A stretch of DNA of 64,000 nucleotides from an uncultured Solirubrobacterales bacterium (GTDB lineage: Bacteria; Actinomycetota; Thermoleophilia; Solirubrobacterales; Solirubrobacteraceae). Positions within the stretch are counted from its first letter, which is position 1; each line of letters opens with the position of its first letter. Under the pieces are notes generated by a model. That model was given only the letters and a program-made list of their open reading frames with translations. It ran no database searches and was not told where the DNA came from. This document shows, in pieces, positions 9,048 through 19,244 of this stretch. Position numbers and translations under genes: made by a program. The stretch covers positions 7,178 through 71,177 of the forward strand of contig CAVWOQ010000038.1 of assembly GCA_963756655.1 (NCBI GenBank), written 5' to 3'.

Positions 9048-10151
9048 ATGACGACTCCCCTGAAAGCCCTCGCCGAGCACGGTCAAAGCCCGTGGATCGA
9101 CTACCTGTCACGACCGTTCGTGCGCGACGGCGACCTCGCCGGACTGATCGACGACGGGATCGTCGGCGTGACCTCGAACCCGACGATCTTCCAGGGCGCG
9201 ATCGCCCAGGGGGACGCGTACGACGATCAGATGCGCGAGGTGCTCGCCGATCAGAGCGACCCCAAGGAGGTCTTCCTGGCGCTCGCACGCGACGACATCC
9301 GCGGCGCCTGCGACCTGCTGGCTCCGGTCTTCGATCGCGGTGACAAGACCCGCGACGGGTGGGTGTCGCTCGAGGTCGATCCAAATCTCGCCCATGATGC
9401 GCAGGGGACTGCCAAGGAGGCGCGCCGCCTGCACGAGATGGTCGACCGGCCCAACCTATTTGTGAAGATCCCCGGGACGCTCGAGGGGCTGGAGGCCATC
9501 GAGGAGACGATCGCGGCCGGGATCCCGGTCAACGTAACGCTGCTGTTCTCGCTCGATCGCCATCGCGCCGCCGCTGAGGCGTATCTGCGTGGGCTCCGGC
9601 GGCTCCGTGAGTCCGGCGGCGATCCGACGCGCGTCGCGTCGGTCGCGTCGTTCTTCGTCTCCCGGGTCGATACCGAGGCCGACAAGCGACTCGATCAGAT
9701 TGGCGGCCACGACGACCTCAAGGGCACGCTCGCGATCGCCAATGCAAAGCTCGCCTACCAGACCTATGAGCAGCTGTTCAGCGGCGACGACTGGGACGAG
9801 CTGAAGGCCGCCGGTGCCTCGCCGCAGCGGTGCCTGTGGGCGTCGACCTCGACCAAGAACCCCGCCTACCGCGACGTCCTGTACGTCGAGGAGCTGATCG
9901 GCCCGGCGACCGTCAACACAATGCCGCGCGAGACCGTCGAGGCGGTCCAGGACCACGGCCGGATCGAGCGGACGCTCGACCGCGACGTCGACGAGGCGCA
10001 CCGCACACTCGAGCGCTTCGCCGAAGCGGGTATCGATTACGACGACGTGGTCGCGGTGCTCGAGCGCGAGGGCGTCGAGAAGTTCGCCGCCTCGTTCAAA
10101 GAGCTGTTCGACGGCGTCGCGTCCAAGCGTGAGCAGCTGGTGGCCGCATAG
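9048..10151 (+). CDS. tal: Transaldolase (class with GQSPWID motif)
   Basis: GQSPWIDYLSR, GVTSNPTIF, VSLEVDP, NLFVKIP, VNVTLLFS, SVASFFVSRVD, LWASTSTKNP; GGAGG SD upstream. Confidence 0.95.
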   Translation: MTTPLKALAEHGQSPWIDYLSRPFVRDGDLAGLIDDGIVGVTSNPTIFQGAIAQGDAYDDQMREVLADQSDPKEVFLALARDDIRGACDLLAPVFDRGDKTRDGWVSLEVDPNLAHDAQGTAKEARRLHEMVDRPNLFVKIPGTLEGLEAIEETIAAGIPVNVTLLFSLDRHRAAAEAYLRGLRRLRESGGDPTRVASVASFFVSRVDTEADKRLDQIGGHDDLKGTLAIANAKLAYQTYEQLFSGDDWDELKAAGASPQRCLWASTSTKNPAYRDVLYVEELIGPATVNTMPRETVEAVQDHGRIERTLDRDVDEAHRTLERFAEAGIDYDDVVAVLEREGVEKFAASFKELFDGVASKREQLVAA

Positions 10152-10195
10152 CGCCTCGGTCCGCCCCTAGCTCCTAGGCGGCAACCACCACCCGG

Positions 10196-10219
10196 GTGAG
10201 AACACGGGTCTGCGGGTAG
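10196..10219 (+). promoter_or_regulatory. Possible SigB/SigF-type promoter GTGA-N14-GGGTAG
   Basis: Lies upstream of the SDR-GH15 operon. Confidence 0.35.
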
Positions 10220-10288
10220 CACACCCCTGTCCGCCGACCCGGTTAGCTCGTCGCGCGGTCAGAACGCAAACGAGACAAGGAGCGAACG

Positions 10289-11299
10289 GTGAGGGACGGC
10301 CAGCAGCCGGAGGTTGTGGTTGTGACGGGGGCTTCAGGTGGCGTCGGGCGCGCGATCGCGCACGCGTTCGCCAAGCGCGGTGCCCACATCGGGCTGGTGG
10401 CGCGCGGTGAGCAGGGCCTCGACGAAGCCCGCCGCGAGGTTGAGCAACTCGGCGGCCAGGCGCTCGTCGTGCCCACCGACGTGGCGCTCGCCGATCAGGT
10501 CGAGGCCGCCGCCGAGGCGGTCGAAGACCGCTTCGGGCCGCTGGACACATGGGTAAACGATGCGATGGCGACCGTGTTCGCGCGGGTCGTCGACATGAAC
10601 GCCGACGAGTTCAAACGCGCGACCGAGGTCACGTATCTGGGGACCGTGTACGGGACGATGGCGGCGCTGAAGCGGATGACCGCGCGCGACCGCGGAACGA
10701 TTGTCCAGGTCGGATCCGCCCTGTCTTACCGAGCGATCCCGCTACAGGCGGCCTACTGCGGTTCGAAGTTCGCGATCCGCGGCTTCACGGACTCGATCCG
10801 CTCCGAGCTGCTGCACGACAAGAGCAGCGTTCACATCACGATGGTGCAGCTCCCGGGCGTCAACACGACCCAGTTCAACTGGTGCCGTTCGAAGCTGCCG
10901 GATCATCCGCAGCCGGTGCCGCCGATCTACCAGCCAGAGATCCCGGCCGAAGCGGCCTACTGGGCCGCGCATCACCGCCGTCGCGAGCTGTGGGTCGGTT
11001 ACAGCGCGGTCGAGGCGATCGTCGGCAACAAGATCGCGCCCGGGTTCGCGGACCGCTATCTGGCACACAAAGCATTCTCGGGGCAGCAGGTGAAGAACAT
11101 GCCGGTGTCGCCAGACCGCCCGGACAACCTGTTCGAGCCCGTCCCGGAGCTCGCCGCGACGCACGGGATCTTCGACGACCGCGCCAAGCGCCGCAGCCCG
11201 CAGCTGTGGGCCAACACGCACCGTGCGCTGCTGGCCGGAGCGGCTGCCGTTGGCGCGGTCGCCGGCGCGGCCGGGTTCGCCGCTGCCCGCGCTCGATGA
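10289..11299 (+). CDS. SDR family oxidoreductase
   Basis: VVTGASGGVG, WVNDA, YCGSK (YxxxK), C-terminal membrane anchor. Confidence 0.92.
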   Translation: MRDGQQPEVVVVTGASGGVGRAIAHAFAKRGAHIGLVARGEQGLDEARREVEQLGGQALVVPTDVALADQVEAAAEAVEDRFGPLDTWVNDAMATVFARVVDMNADEFKRATEVTYLGTVYGTMAALKRMTARDRGTIVQVGSALSYRAIPLQAAYCGSKFAIRGFTDSIRSELLHDKSSVHITMVQLPGVNTTQFNWCRSKLPDHPQPVPPIYQPEIPAEAAYWAAHHRRRELWVGYSAVEAIVGNKIAPGFADRYLAHKAFSGQQVKNMPVSPDRPDNLFEPVPELAATHGIFDDRAKRRSPQLWANTHRALLAGAAAVGAVAGAAGFAAARAR

Positions 11300-13066
11300 A
11301 TACCGCCGGTCCGGCCGCGAACGTCAGCGTGCCGCACATCCTGCGCGAGTACGCGCTGATCGCAGACGGCGAGCGCGGGGCACTGGTTGGTCCGCGCGGC
11401 GACTACACCTGGATGTGCTTTCCGCGCTGGGACTCCGACGCGTGCTTCGCGACGCTGATCGGCGGCGCCGGGACATACGCGGTGACGCCCGACGCGCGCT
11501 TCGTCTGGGGCGGCTACTACGAGCACGGGCTGATCTGGTGCAGCAGGTGGGTGACAGACGGCGGGCTGATCGAGTGCCGCGAGGCGCTGGCGCTGCCCGG
11601 TCACCCGCAGCGGGCCGTGCTCCTGCGCCAGATCCGCGCCGTGACGGGGGCGGCACGCGTCAACGTCGTATTGGATCTGCGGACCGAGTTCGGTGCCAAG
11701 CGCGTCACACATCTGCGGCTCGACGACGGCGGGGTCTGGCACGGTCGGCTCGCCGGCGCGCAGGTCAGTTGGAGCGGGGGCGAGCGCGCAAAGCCGGTCG
11801 ACGAAAATGGCGGCCGCCCGTTGGCGATGACCGTCGCGCTCGAGCAGGGGGAGGTTCACGACCTGGTGCTGGTGCTCGATGCGGGCGCCGATCCCGAGCC
11901 GGTCCCCGAACGCCGCGCGCGCGTGGTCTGCGACCGAGGCGGCGTGGCGCGACTGCGTCCCCGAGCTCGAGTGCGCGGTCGGGCAGCGCGACGCGCGGCA
12001 CTCGTATGCGGTGCTGAAAGGGCTGACCAGCGCCGGCGGCGGGATGGTCGCGGCGGCCACGATGTCGCTGCCTGAGCGCGCGCGGGAGGGCCGCAACTAC
12101 GACTACCGCTACGTCTGGGTGCGCGACCAGTGTCTGACCGGGCAGGCGGTGGCGAAGGCCGGCCCGCATCCACTGCTGGACGACGCGGTCCGGTTCGTGT
12201 CCGAGCGGCTGCTCGACGACGGGCCAGACCTAGTCCCCGCCTACACGACCGACGGCGGCAGCGTCCCCAACCAGCGGAGCCTCGGCCTCCCCGGCTACCC
12301 CGGGGGCACCGACGTCGTCGGCAACTGGGTCAACCGCCAGTTCCAGCTCGACGCGTTCGGCGAGTCGTTGCTGCTGTTCGCGGCGGCCGCCGGCCACGAC
12401 CACCTCGACGCGGACGGGTGGCGCGCGGTCGAGGCGGCGGTCGCGGCAATCGAGCAGCGCTGGCGCGAGCCCGATGCGGGGATCTGGGAGATCGAGCCCG
12501 ACAACTGGACCCACAGCCGGCTGATCTGCGCCGCTGGGCTGCGAGCGATCGCTTCGCACCAGCCGTCTGAACGGGCGGCAGCGTGGTCGTCGCTGGCGGA
12601 CGTGATCGTCGCCGAGACCTCGGCGACCGCGATGCACCCGGAGGGCCGCTGGCAGCGCTCGCCGAGCGACGATCGAGTCGACGCGGCGCTGCTGCTGCCC
12701 GCGATCAACGGCGCGATCGCGTCCGACGATCCCCGTTCGCTGGCGACCTTGCACGCGGTCGAGCGAGAGCTCGCCGATGACGGTTACTGCTACCGGTTCC
12801 GCCCCGACGCCCGCCCGCTGGGCGAGGCGGAGGGCGCGTTCGTGCTGTGCGGCTTCCTGGTCGCGCTGGCCTGGGATCAGCAGGGCGACCAGGTTCGCGC
12901 TGGGCACTGGTTCGAGCGCAACCGTGCGGCATGCGGGCCGGCTGGCTTGATCTCGGAGGAGTTCGATGTCGCCCAACGCCAGCTCCGTGGCAACCTCCCG
13001 CAGGCGTTCGTGCACGCCGCGCTACTCCAATGCGCGATGACGCTGCACGGAGACGGCCGCTCATGA
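11296..13066 (+). CDS. Glycoside hydrolase family 15 (glucoamylase/trehalase-like), frameshift at about 11905
   Basis: YALIADGERGAL, WMCFPRWDS; then MVAAATMSLPE..RNYDYRYVWVRD, DAGIWE, SEEFD..LRGNLPQAFVH in the second frame. Confidence 0.88.
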
Positions 13067-13402
13067 ACGGCGCGCTTTTCGGGCTGCGCTGCATCTACGG
13101 CGCCATGCTGCTGCTCGCGCCCCGGCGGGCGCTGGCGGAGCTTGCCGGCGCGCCGGTCGACACGCCAGCCACGATCGTGGCCCGGGTGCTGGGCGCCCGT
13201 GAGTTGGCGCAGGCCGAGCTTGTCAGGCGGCATCCCGGCCGCGCGGCGCAGCTGACGAGCGCAGGCGTCGATGGAATCCACGCGGCGACGATGTTCGCGC
13301 TCGCGAGCGGCTGACCGTGGCCGGCGACGGCTCGCGCTGCACAACGGCGCGACCGCCACCGCGCTCGCGCTCGCATCGGTCTTGGCCGCACGCCGCGGCT
13401 AG
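13063..13402 (+). CDS. Small hypothetical membrane protein (apparent frameshift at about 13310)
   Basis: ARVLGARELAQA...VDGIHAATM; another frame continues DRGRRRLALHNGATATALALASV to TAG 13400-13402. Confidence 0.55.
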
Positions 13403-13426
13403 CGATGTCAGGCAACGGACCGGATC

Positions 13427-13451
13427 GTTAGTCGTCGATCGCAGCGGGTAA
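13427..13451 (+). promoter_or_regulatory. Putative SigB/SigF-type promoter GTTA-N15-GGGTAA
   Basis: 35 nt upstream of the oxidase/bc operon start. Confidence 0.5.
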
Positions 13452-13486
13452 CGGCGAAAAGCCCAGCCCATTCCGGCCCGTCGCGT

Positions 13487-14518
13487 GTGTCAATCCCTGT
13501 TCGTCAACGCCGCCACCGCAACCGGCGACTAGCCGTCGCAGGCGCGACGGCGGCCGCCGGCGCGCTGCTCGCCGGCTGCGGCAAGCAGTCGATCCTCTCG
13601 ACCCACAGCCCGCAGGCGCACAACATCATGCTGCTGTGGTGGTGGATGTTGGGAGCCGCGGTGATCGTGTTCACCGGGGCGGTGGTGATGCTGGTGATCG
13701 CGTACTTGCGCCGGGGAACGGCGGGACTGCCGATCTTCGGCCAGCGCGAGAGCGTCGCCGAAGGGATGGTGCTGGTGTTCGGTCTCGCGATCCCGGTGGT
13801 CGCACTGGTGGCGCTGTTCGGGGTCGCGAACGTGTACCTGATCCGCCAGACGTCGCCGCCAGCACCGGCGAGCACGGCGATGACGATCGACGTGATCGGC
13901 CATCAGTGGTGGTGGGAGGTCCGCTACCCGGGGACCGACGCCGTCACCGCGAATGAGATCCACATCCCGGTCGACACGCGTGTCAACGTCGTGGCGACGA
14001 CCGCCGACGTGATCCACAGCTTCTGGGTACCGGCGCTGAACCGCAAGATCGACATGATCCCCGGGCGCCGCAATCGGATTCTGCTATACGCCTCGAGCCC
14101 GGGCGTCTACCGCGGGCAGTGTTCGCAGTTCTGTGGTCTGCAGCACGCGCACATGGCACTGTACGTGTTCGCGCAGCGACCGCCGCGATATCGAGCGTGG
14201 CTGGCCAACATGGCGTCCGCGGCGAGGGTCCCGATGACTGCCGCGGCGCGGGCCGGCGAGCGGCTGTTCATGGGCAGCCAGTGCGCGAGTTGCCACCGGA
14301 TCGCGGGCACCCCGGCGCAGGGCGACGTCGGCCCCGACCTGACGCACGTCGCGACCCGCACGACCCTGGCCGCGCTGACGATCCCCAACACGCCGAATTG
14401 GCTGGCGGCGTGGATCCGCAACCCGCAGGCGATCAAACCCGGCGACCTGATGCCCGACCTGGGGCTGTCGGCGAGCCAGGTCTCATCGCTGGTCGCGTAC
14501 GTGGAGACCTTGAAGTAG
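13487..14518 (+). CDS. ctaC: Cytochrome c oxidase subunit II with fused C-terminal cytochrome c (caa3 type), lipoprotein
   Basis: Lipobox LLAGC; GHQWWWEVRY; DVIHSFWVP; CuA motif CSQFCGLQHAHM; heme c CASCH; MPDL. Confidence 0.93.
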   Translation: MSIPVRQRRHRNRRLAVAGATAAAGALLAGCGKQSILSTHSPQAHNIMLLWWWMLGAAVIVFTGAVVMLVIAYLRRGTAGLPIFGQRESVAEGMVLVFGLAIPVVALVALFGVANVYLIRQTSPPAPASTAMTIDVIGHQWWWEVRYPGTDAVTANEIHIPVDTRVNVVATTADVIHSFWVPALNRKIDMIPGRRNRILLYASSPGVYRGQCSQFCGLQHAHMALYVFAQRPPRYRAWLANMASAARVPMTAAARAGERLFMGSQCASCHRIAGTPAQGDVGPDLTHVATRTTLAALTIPNTPNWLAAWIRNPQAIKPGDLMPDLGLSASQVSSLVAYVETLK

Positions 14519-16420
14519 ATGGCGACGACCATCACCCCGGACGGGCAACGGCACATGGAGCGCCTGGACAGGATCTGGGCCGAGCGCAGGGGACTGGTCG
14601 GCTGGCTGACGACGACTGATCACAAGCGGATCGGGATCCTCTACTTCTTCACCGCGCTGGCGTTCTTCGGCGCCGGCGGCGTCGAGGCGCTGCTGATTCG
14701 CACCCAGCTGATCGGCCCGAACGGACACCTGCTGTCCCCCCAGGCCTACGACGAGGTGTTCACGATGCACGGGATCACGATGATCTTCCTGTTCGTGATC
14801 CCGATGACCACGGGCGCGTTCGGCAATTATCTGATTCCGCTGATGATCGGGGCGCGGGACATGGCCTTCCCGCGCATGAACGCGCTCTCCTACTGGATCT
14901 ATCTGGCCTCGGGGATCTTCATGTATGTCGCGCTCGCCCAGGGCCACGCGCCGAACGCGGGTTGGTTTGACTACGTGCCGCTCGCGTCCAAGCAGTTCGA
15001 TCCGGGCAACAACATCGACTTCTACGGCTGGGGGCTGATCTTCAACGGCATCGCGAGCACGGCGGCGGCGATCAACTTCATCGTCACGATCTTCAAGCTG
15101 CGGGCGCCGGGCATGTCCATCAACCGCATGCCGCTGTTCTGCTTCGCGTTCCTCGCCGTCGCGTTCGCGCTGTTGTTTGCGTTGCCTTCACTGAGCGTCG
15201 CGGCTCTTTTTCTCGAGCTCGACAGGCAGCTCGGTTTTCACTTCTACGACGTCTCGCACGGCGGCGATCCGCTGCTGTGGCAGAACCTGTTCTGGATCTT
15301 CGGACACCCCGAGGTCTACATCATCATCCTGCCGGCGTTCGGGATCGCTACCTCGATCATCCCGGCGTTCGTGCACCGTCGGATGGTGCTGTTCCCGCTG
15401 GTCGCACTGTCGGAGATCCTGGTCGCGTTCCTCGGCTTCGGCGTCTGGCTGCACCACATGTTCACGGTCGGGTTCTCGAGCCTGACGACCGTCTACTTCG
15501 CCGCCGCCAGCCTGATCATCGTGATCCCGTCGGCGATCCAGCTGTTCGCCTGGATCACGACGATCCTGACCGGCACGCCTGACTTTCAGACGCCGCTGCT
15601 GTTCATCGTCGGCTTCATTGTCTACTTCATCATCGGCGGCCTGTCGGGGATCACGCTGGCGGCGATCCCGTTCGACCAGCAGGTCCATGACAGCTACTAC
15701 GTCGTGGCCCACTTCCACTTCGTGATCTTCGGCGCCGCGGTGTTCCCGATCCTCGCCGGGATGTACTTCTGGTTCCCGAAGTTGACGGGACGCATGTATC
15801 ACGAGGGCGTCGGCAAAGTGAGCTTCTGGCTCACGTTCGTCGGTACGTTCGTGACCTTCTTTCCGATGCACATCGTCGGCATCCTCGGGATGCCGCGGCG
15901 CAACTACACCTATCCGCCCGGCCTGGGCTGGGCGCTGCTGAACTTCATCGAATCGATCGGCTCCTACCTCCTCGCCGCCGGGCTGGTGTTGATCGTCCTC
16001 AACCTGTTCGTCAGTCGGTTCCGCGGGCCGGCGGCCGGGAACGACCCGTTCGGCGGTGACACGCTCGAATGGTCGGTTAGCTCGCCGCCGCCGCCATACA
16101 ACTACGCGGTCATCCCGACGGTCACCAGCGCCTATCCGATGTGGGACGAGGAGGACCGCAAGGCCGACAGCCGCAGGCTGGATCGCGGCGAAGGGCTGCT
16201 GGAGCGAGGTCACGAAACGCCGGCGACGACGGTCCAGGACGCGCAACTCGACGAGATCCTCGAGATGCCGCCTTATTCGGCCTGGCCGCCTATGACGGCG
16301 CTGATGCTGTCAGGCATCTTCGCGATGCTGCTAATGCGCCACTACTGGATCGCCGTCGGCTTCGCGGTCGCCGGCGGGTTGGCGCTGCTGGGATGGCACC
16401 GCAAGGGGGTGGCAGTCTGA
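14519..16420 (+). CDS. ctaD: Cytochrome c oxidase subunit I (A family) with C-terminal extra helices
   Basis: TTDHKRIG, FTMHG, DMAFPRMN, FWIFGHPEVY, VWLHHMF, YVVAHFHFV, GMPRR. Confidence 0.96.
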   Translation: MATTITPDGQRHMERLDRIWAERRGLVGWLTTTDHKRIGILYFFTALAFFGAGGVEALLIRTQLIGPNGHLLSPQAYDEVFTMHGITMIFLFVIPMTTGAFGNYLIPLMIGARDMAFPRMNALSYWIYLASGIFMYVALAQGHAPNAGWFDYVPLASKQFDPGNNIDFYGWGLIFNGIASTAAAINFIVTIFKLRAPGMSINRMPLFCFAFLAVAFALLFALPSLSVAALFLELDRQLGFHFYDVSHGGDPLLWQNLFWIFGHPEVYIIILPAFGIATSIIPAFVHRRMVLFPLVALSEILVAFLGFGVWLHHMFTVGFSSLTTVYFAAASLIIVIPSAIQLFAWITTILTGTPDFQTPLLFIVGFIVYFIIGGLSGITLAAIPFDQQVHDSYYVVAHFHFVIFGAAVFPILAGMYFWFPKLTGRMYHEGVGKVSFWLTFVGTFVTFFPMHIVGILGMPRRNYTYPPGLGWALLNFIESIGSYLLAAGLVLIVLNLFVSRFRGPAAGNDPFGGDTLEWSVSSPPPPYNYAVIPTVTSAYPMWDEEDRKADSRRLDRGEGLLERGHETPATTVQDAQLDEILEMPPYSAWPPMTALMLSGIFAMLLMRHYWIAVGFAVAGGLALLGWHRKGVAV

Positions 16421-17043
16421 TGGAGGCCTCGCCGCGGAGCGCCGTCGCCCGCACCAGCCGCAGCGCGGCCGCGGTCGCGCGCGGGAGAGTCGCGCAGCCG
16501 AGCGGCTGGTGGGGAATGGCGCTGTTCCTGTGCGCCGAGGCGTCCCTGTTCGGGATCCTGATCGCGACCTACTTCTACCTCGACTTCGACGCGCGCTCGT
16601 GGCCGCCGGACGGGATCAAGCCGCCAAGCGTGGCACTGCCGCTGGTCGCGACCGCGGTCCTGATTTCGACCACGATCCCACTGCTGCTCGCGGTGCGGGC
16701 GTCCCGTGCCGACCGGCGCTGGCGGGTCGTGGTGCTGGTGATGGTCGCCGTCGTGGTGCAGTGCTGCTACCTGGCGGTCCAGATCCTTCTGTTTCGTCAC
16801 GACCTGCGCCAGTTCTCGCCCAAGGCGACCGCCTACGGGTCGATCTACTTCACGCTGCTGGCCGCCCACCACGCGCACGTCGCGCTCGGGATCCTGCTCG
16901 AACTGGCGGTGCTGTGGCAGGTCGTGCGCAAGGGGCTGACCAACTACTGGCTGACCGGGGTCCGGATCGTGGCTCTGTACTGGTACGTGGTCTGTGGGCT
17001 GGCCGTGTTCGTCGTCCTCACTCAACTGAGCCCGACGCTATGA
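16420..17043 (+). CDS. ctaE: Cytochrome c oxidase subunit III (short, 5-TM type)
   Basis: WGMALFLCAEASLFG, WPPDG, YGSIYFTLLAAHHAHV, LYWYVV. Confidence 0.88.
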   Translation: MEASPRSAVARTSRSAAAVARGRVAQPSGWWGMALFLCAEASLFGILIATYFYLDFDARSWPPDGIKPPSVALPLVATAVLISTTIPLLLAVRASRADRRWRVVVLVMVAVVVQCCYLAVQILLFRHDLRQFSPKATAYGSIYFTLLAAHHAHVALGILLELAVLWQVVRKGLTNYWLTGVRIVALYWYVVCGLAVFVVLTQLSPTL

Positions 17044-17447
17044 CCCATAAGCTGCTGCCCTCCAACACGCTGCTGTGGTTCGGGGTGCTCGGCGGCGCCG
17101 CCGCGTGGGCGACGCAGTTCCTGGCCAACCTGTTCTTCACCTTCGCCCAGTGCGACCAGCCGGTCCAGCGGTGGATGCTGCCGGTCCACAGCTGGGAGAT
17201 CGGCCTCTCCGTGCTCGCGCTCGCCGTCGGCCTGAGCGCGACCGCGGTCTCGCTGACGATCTTCGTCCGTACCGGCCGCGTCGACGATGTCTCGGCCAAG
17301 GAACGCGAGGGCAGGGGCACGCAGCCACCGCTAGGCCGGGTCCACTTCCTGGCGATGGTCGGCCTGCTGGTGAATTTCCTCGCGCTGGCGATCATCGCCA
17401 TGACCGGCGTCGGCGCGCCCCTGCTCCCGGTCTGCCAGCAGTCATGA
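17040..17447 (+). CDS. Hypothetical membrane protein within the oxidase operon
   Basis: LLWFGVLGGAAAW..QF; three hydrophobic segments; overlapping start/stop on both sides. Confidence 0.65.
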   Translation: MTHKLLPSNTLLWFGVLGGAAAWATQFLANLFFTFAQCDQPVQRWMLPVHSWEIGLSVLALAVGLSATAVSLTIFVRTGRVDDVSAKEREGRGTQPPLGRVHFLAMVGLLVNFLALAIIAMTGVGAPLLPVCQQS

Positions 17448-18237
17448 GCCGGGTGCGGGTCGCAGCGTTGACGGTCGCGGTGATGCTGCTCGGGTCGGTC
17501 CCGATCGCCGAAGCACAGCCACAATCCGGGATCGTCCGCCCGACGACGGAGCCGCCGACGCCGAGCGTCGCGCTCGGCGCCGAGCTGTTCGCCGGAAACT
17601 GCGCGAGCTGTCACGGGATCGCCGGCTCGGGCATCTCGACGCCGCGGCCGGGCGGCGGAAACATCGTCGGCGCCGGACCGTCGCTGCACGGCGTCGGCGC
17701 GCTGGCCGCGGACTTCTACCTGCGACGCGGCTACATGCCGCTGTCGAGCATCCACGATCAGCCGTGGGACGACGCCGTTCAGTTCTCCAACAAGGAGATC
17801 AGCTCACTGACCGAGTATGTCGCCTCGCTGGGGAAGGGCCCGGCGATCCCGCGACCCAGAATCCGGGCGCCGGCAAGATCTCCGACGGACAGCAGCTGTT
17901 CAGCATGCACTGCGCCGGCTGTCATCAGATCGATGCCCGTGGCGGCTTTGTCACCGGTGCGCGGGTTCCGCCGCTGCAGAGCGTGCCGGCAACGCAGATA
18001 GCCGAGGCGGTGCGGATCGGGCCGTATCTGATGCCGCGCTTCTCGACCACGCAGATCTCGAACTCGCAGTTGAACTCAATCGTCAAGTACGTGCTGAGCA
18101 CGAATCACGTCGACAACGCCGGCGGTTGGGGGATTGGAAACATCGGCCCGATTCCGGAGGGTCTGGTCGCGTGGTGGATCGCGGCGCCGCTGCTGATCTT
18201 GTCGTGTCGGATGGTGGGGCGGAGGAGGCATAGATGA
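17444..18237 (+). CDS. qcrC: Diheme cytochrome c subunit of the bc complex (frameshift at about 17868)
   Basis: CASCH, AADFYLRRGYMP, then CAGCH, EAVRIGPYLMPRF, GGWGIGNIGPIPEGLVAW. Confidence 0.85.
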
Positions 18238-19244
18238 AGGGCTGGCAATGGTTTGTGGCACTCCTGGCCGCCTGGTGGGAGCGGCTCCGGGGAAAGGATC
18301 CGGAGCTCGCCTCGACGGTTGACGGAGAGCAAGGCCAGCGGAGGATCGTTCCGGCCGGAACGCCGCAACGGGCGGCCGAGAACGTGGTTCTCGCACTGTT
18401 CGCGATCGCGGCCCTGCTCGCGCTCGGCTTCGTGGTCGTGTACGCCGAGTTCAGCGCCACCGCGGTGCCGAACGAGCTGCTGGGGCTGTGCCTCGGCCTA
18501 TCGCTCGTGTTCATCGGCGCGGCGCTGACGGTGGTCGCAAAGCGGCTCGTGGTGACCGAGGAGCTCGAGGATGACTATCCCGAGGAGCATCCGCAGCAGC
18601 AGCAGGAGATCGCCGAGATCGTGCACGAGAGCGGCAGCCGGATCACGCGCAAGCGGCTGCTGCTCGGAGCCGGCGCGGCGACCGGCGGCGCGCTCGGGCT
18701 GGCAGCGCTGACTCCTGTGCTGTCGCTGGGTCCTGTCTGGGACACGCGGCCGCTGGACGAAACTCCGTGGCGCCGAGGGGTCCGGGTCGTCGACGTCGAC
18801 GGCGTGCCGCTGAAGGCCGCCGAGATCGAGCAGCAGACCTTTTACACGGGCTTCCCGGAGGGAGCGAACTTCGAAGACATCGCTTCACCGCTGGTGATCA
18901 TCCGGCTCGACCCCAGCAAGCTCGAGCTGCCCGCCGGGCGTGCCGACTGGGCGCCAAACGGGATCCTCGCCTACTCGAAGATCTGCACACACGCCGGCTG
19001 CGCGATCGCGCTTTATCGCAAGCCGACGTTCCCGGTGCTCGAGCCCAACAACGCGCTCGTCTGCCCGTGCCATTACTCGACCTTCGATCCGTACACGGGC
19101 GGAACGGTTACCTACGGTCCGGCCGGTCGCCCGCTGCCGCAGCTGCCGCTGATGATCGATGCCGATGGCTACCTGCGGGCGGCGGGGAACTTCTCGGCCC
19201 GGGTGGGGCCGAGCTGGTGGGCCGTGAGAGAGCGACCGGAGTGA
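18234..19244 (+). CDS. qcrA: Rieske iron-sulfur subunit
   Basis: YSKICTHAGC, CPCHYSTFD, GPAGRPLPQLP; internal ITRKRLL segment. Confidence 0.93.
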   Translation: MKGWQWFVALLAAWWERLRGKDPELASTVDGEQGQRRIVPAGTPQRAAENVVLALFAIAALLALGFVVVYAEFSATAVPNELLGLCLGLSLVFIGAALTVVAKRLVVTEELEDDYPEEHPQQQQEIAEIVHESGSRITRKRLLLGAGAATGGALGLAALTPVLSLGPVWDTRPLDETPWRRGVRVVDVDGVPLKAAEIEQQTFYTGFPEGANFEDIASPLVIIRLDPSKLELPAGRADWAPNGILAYSKICTHAGCAIALYRKPTFPVLEPNNALVCPCHYSTFDPYTGGTVTYGPAGRPLPQLPLMIDADGYLRAAGNFSARVGPSWWAVRERPE

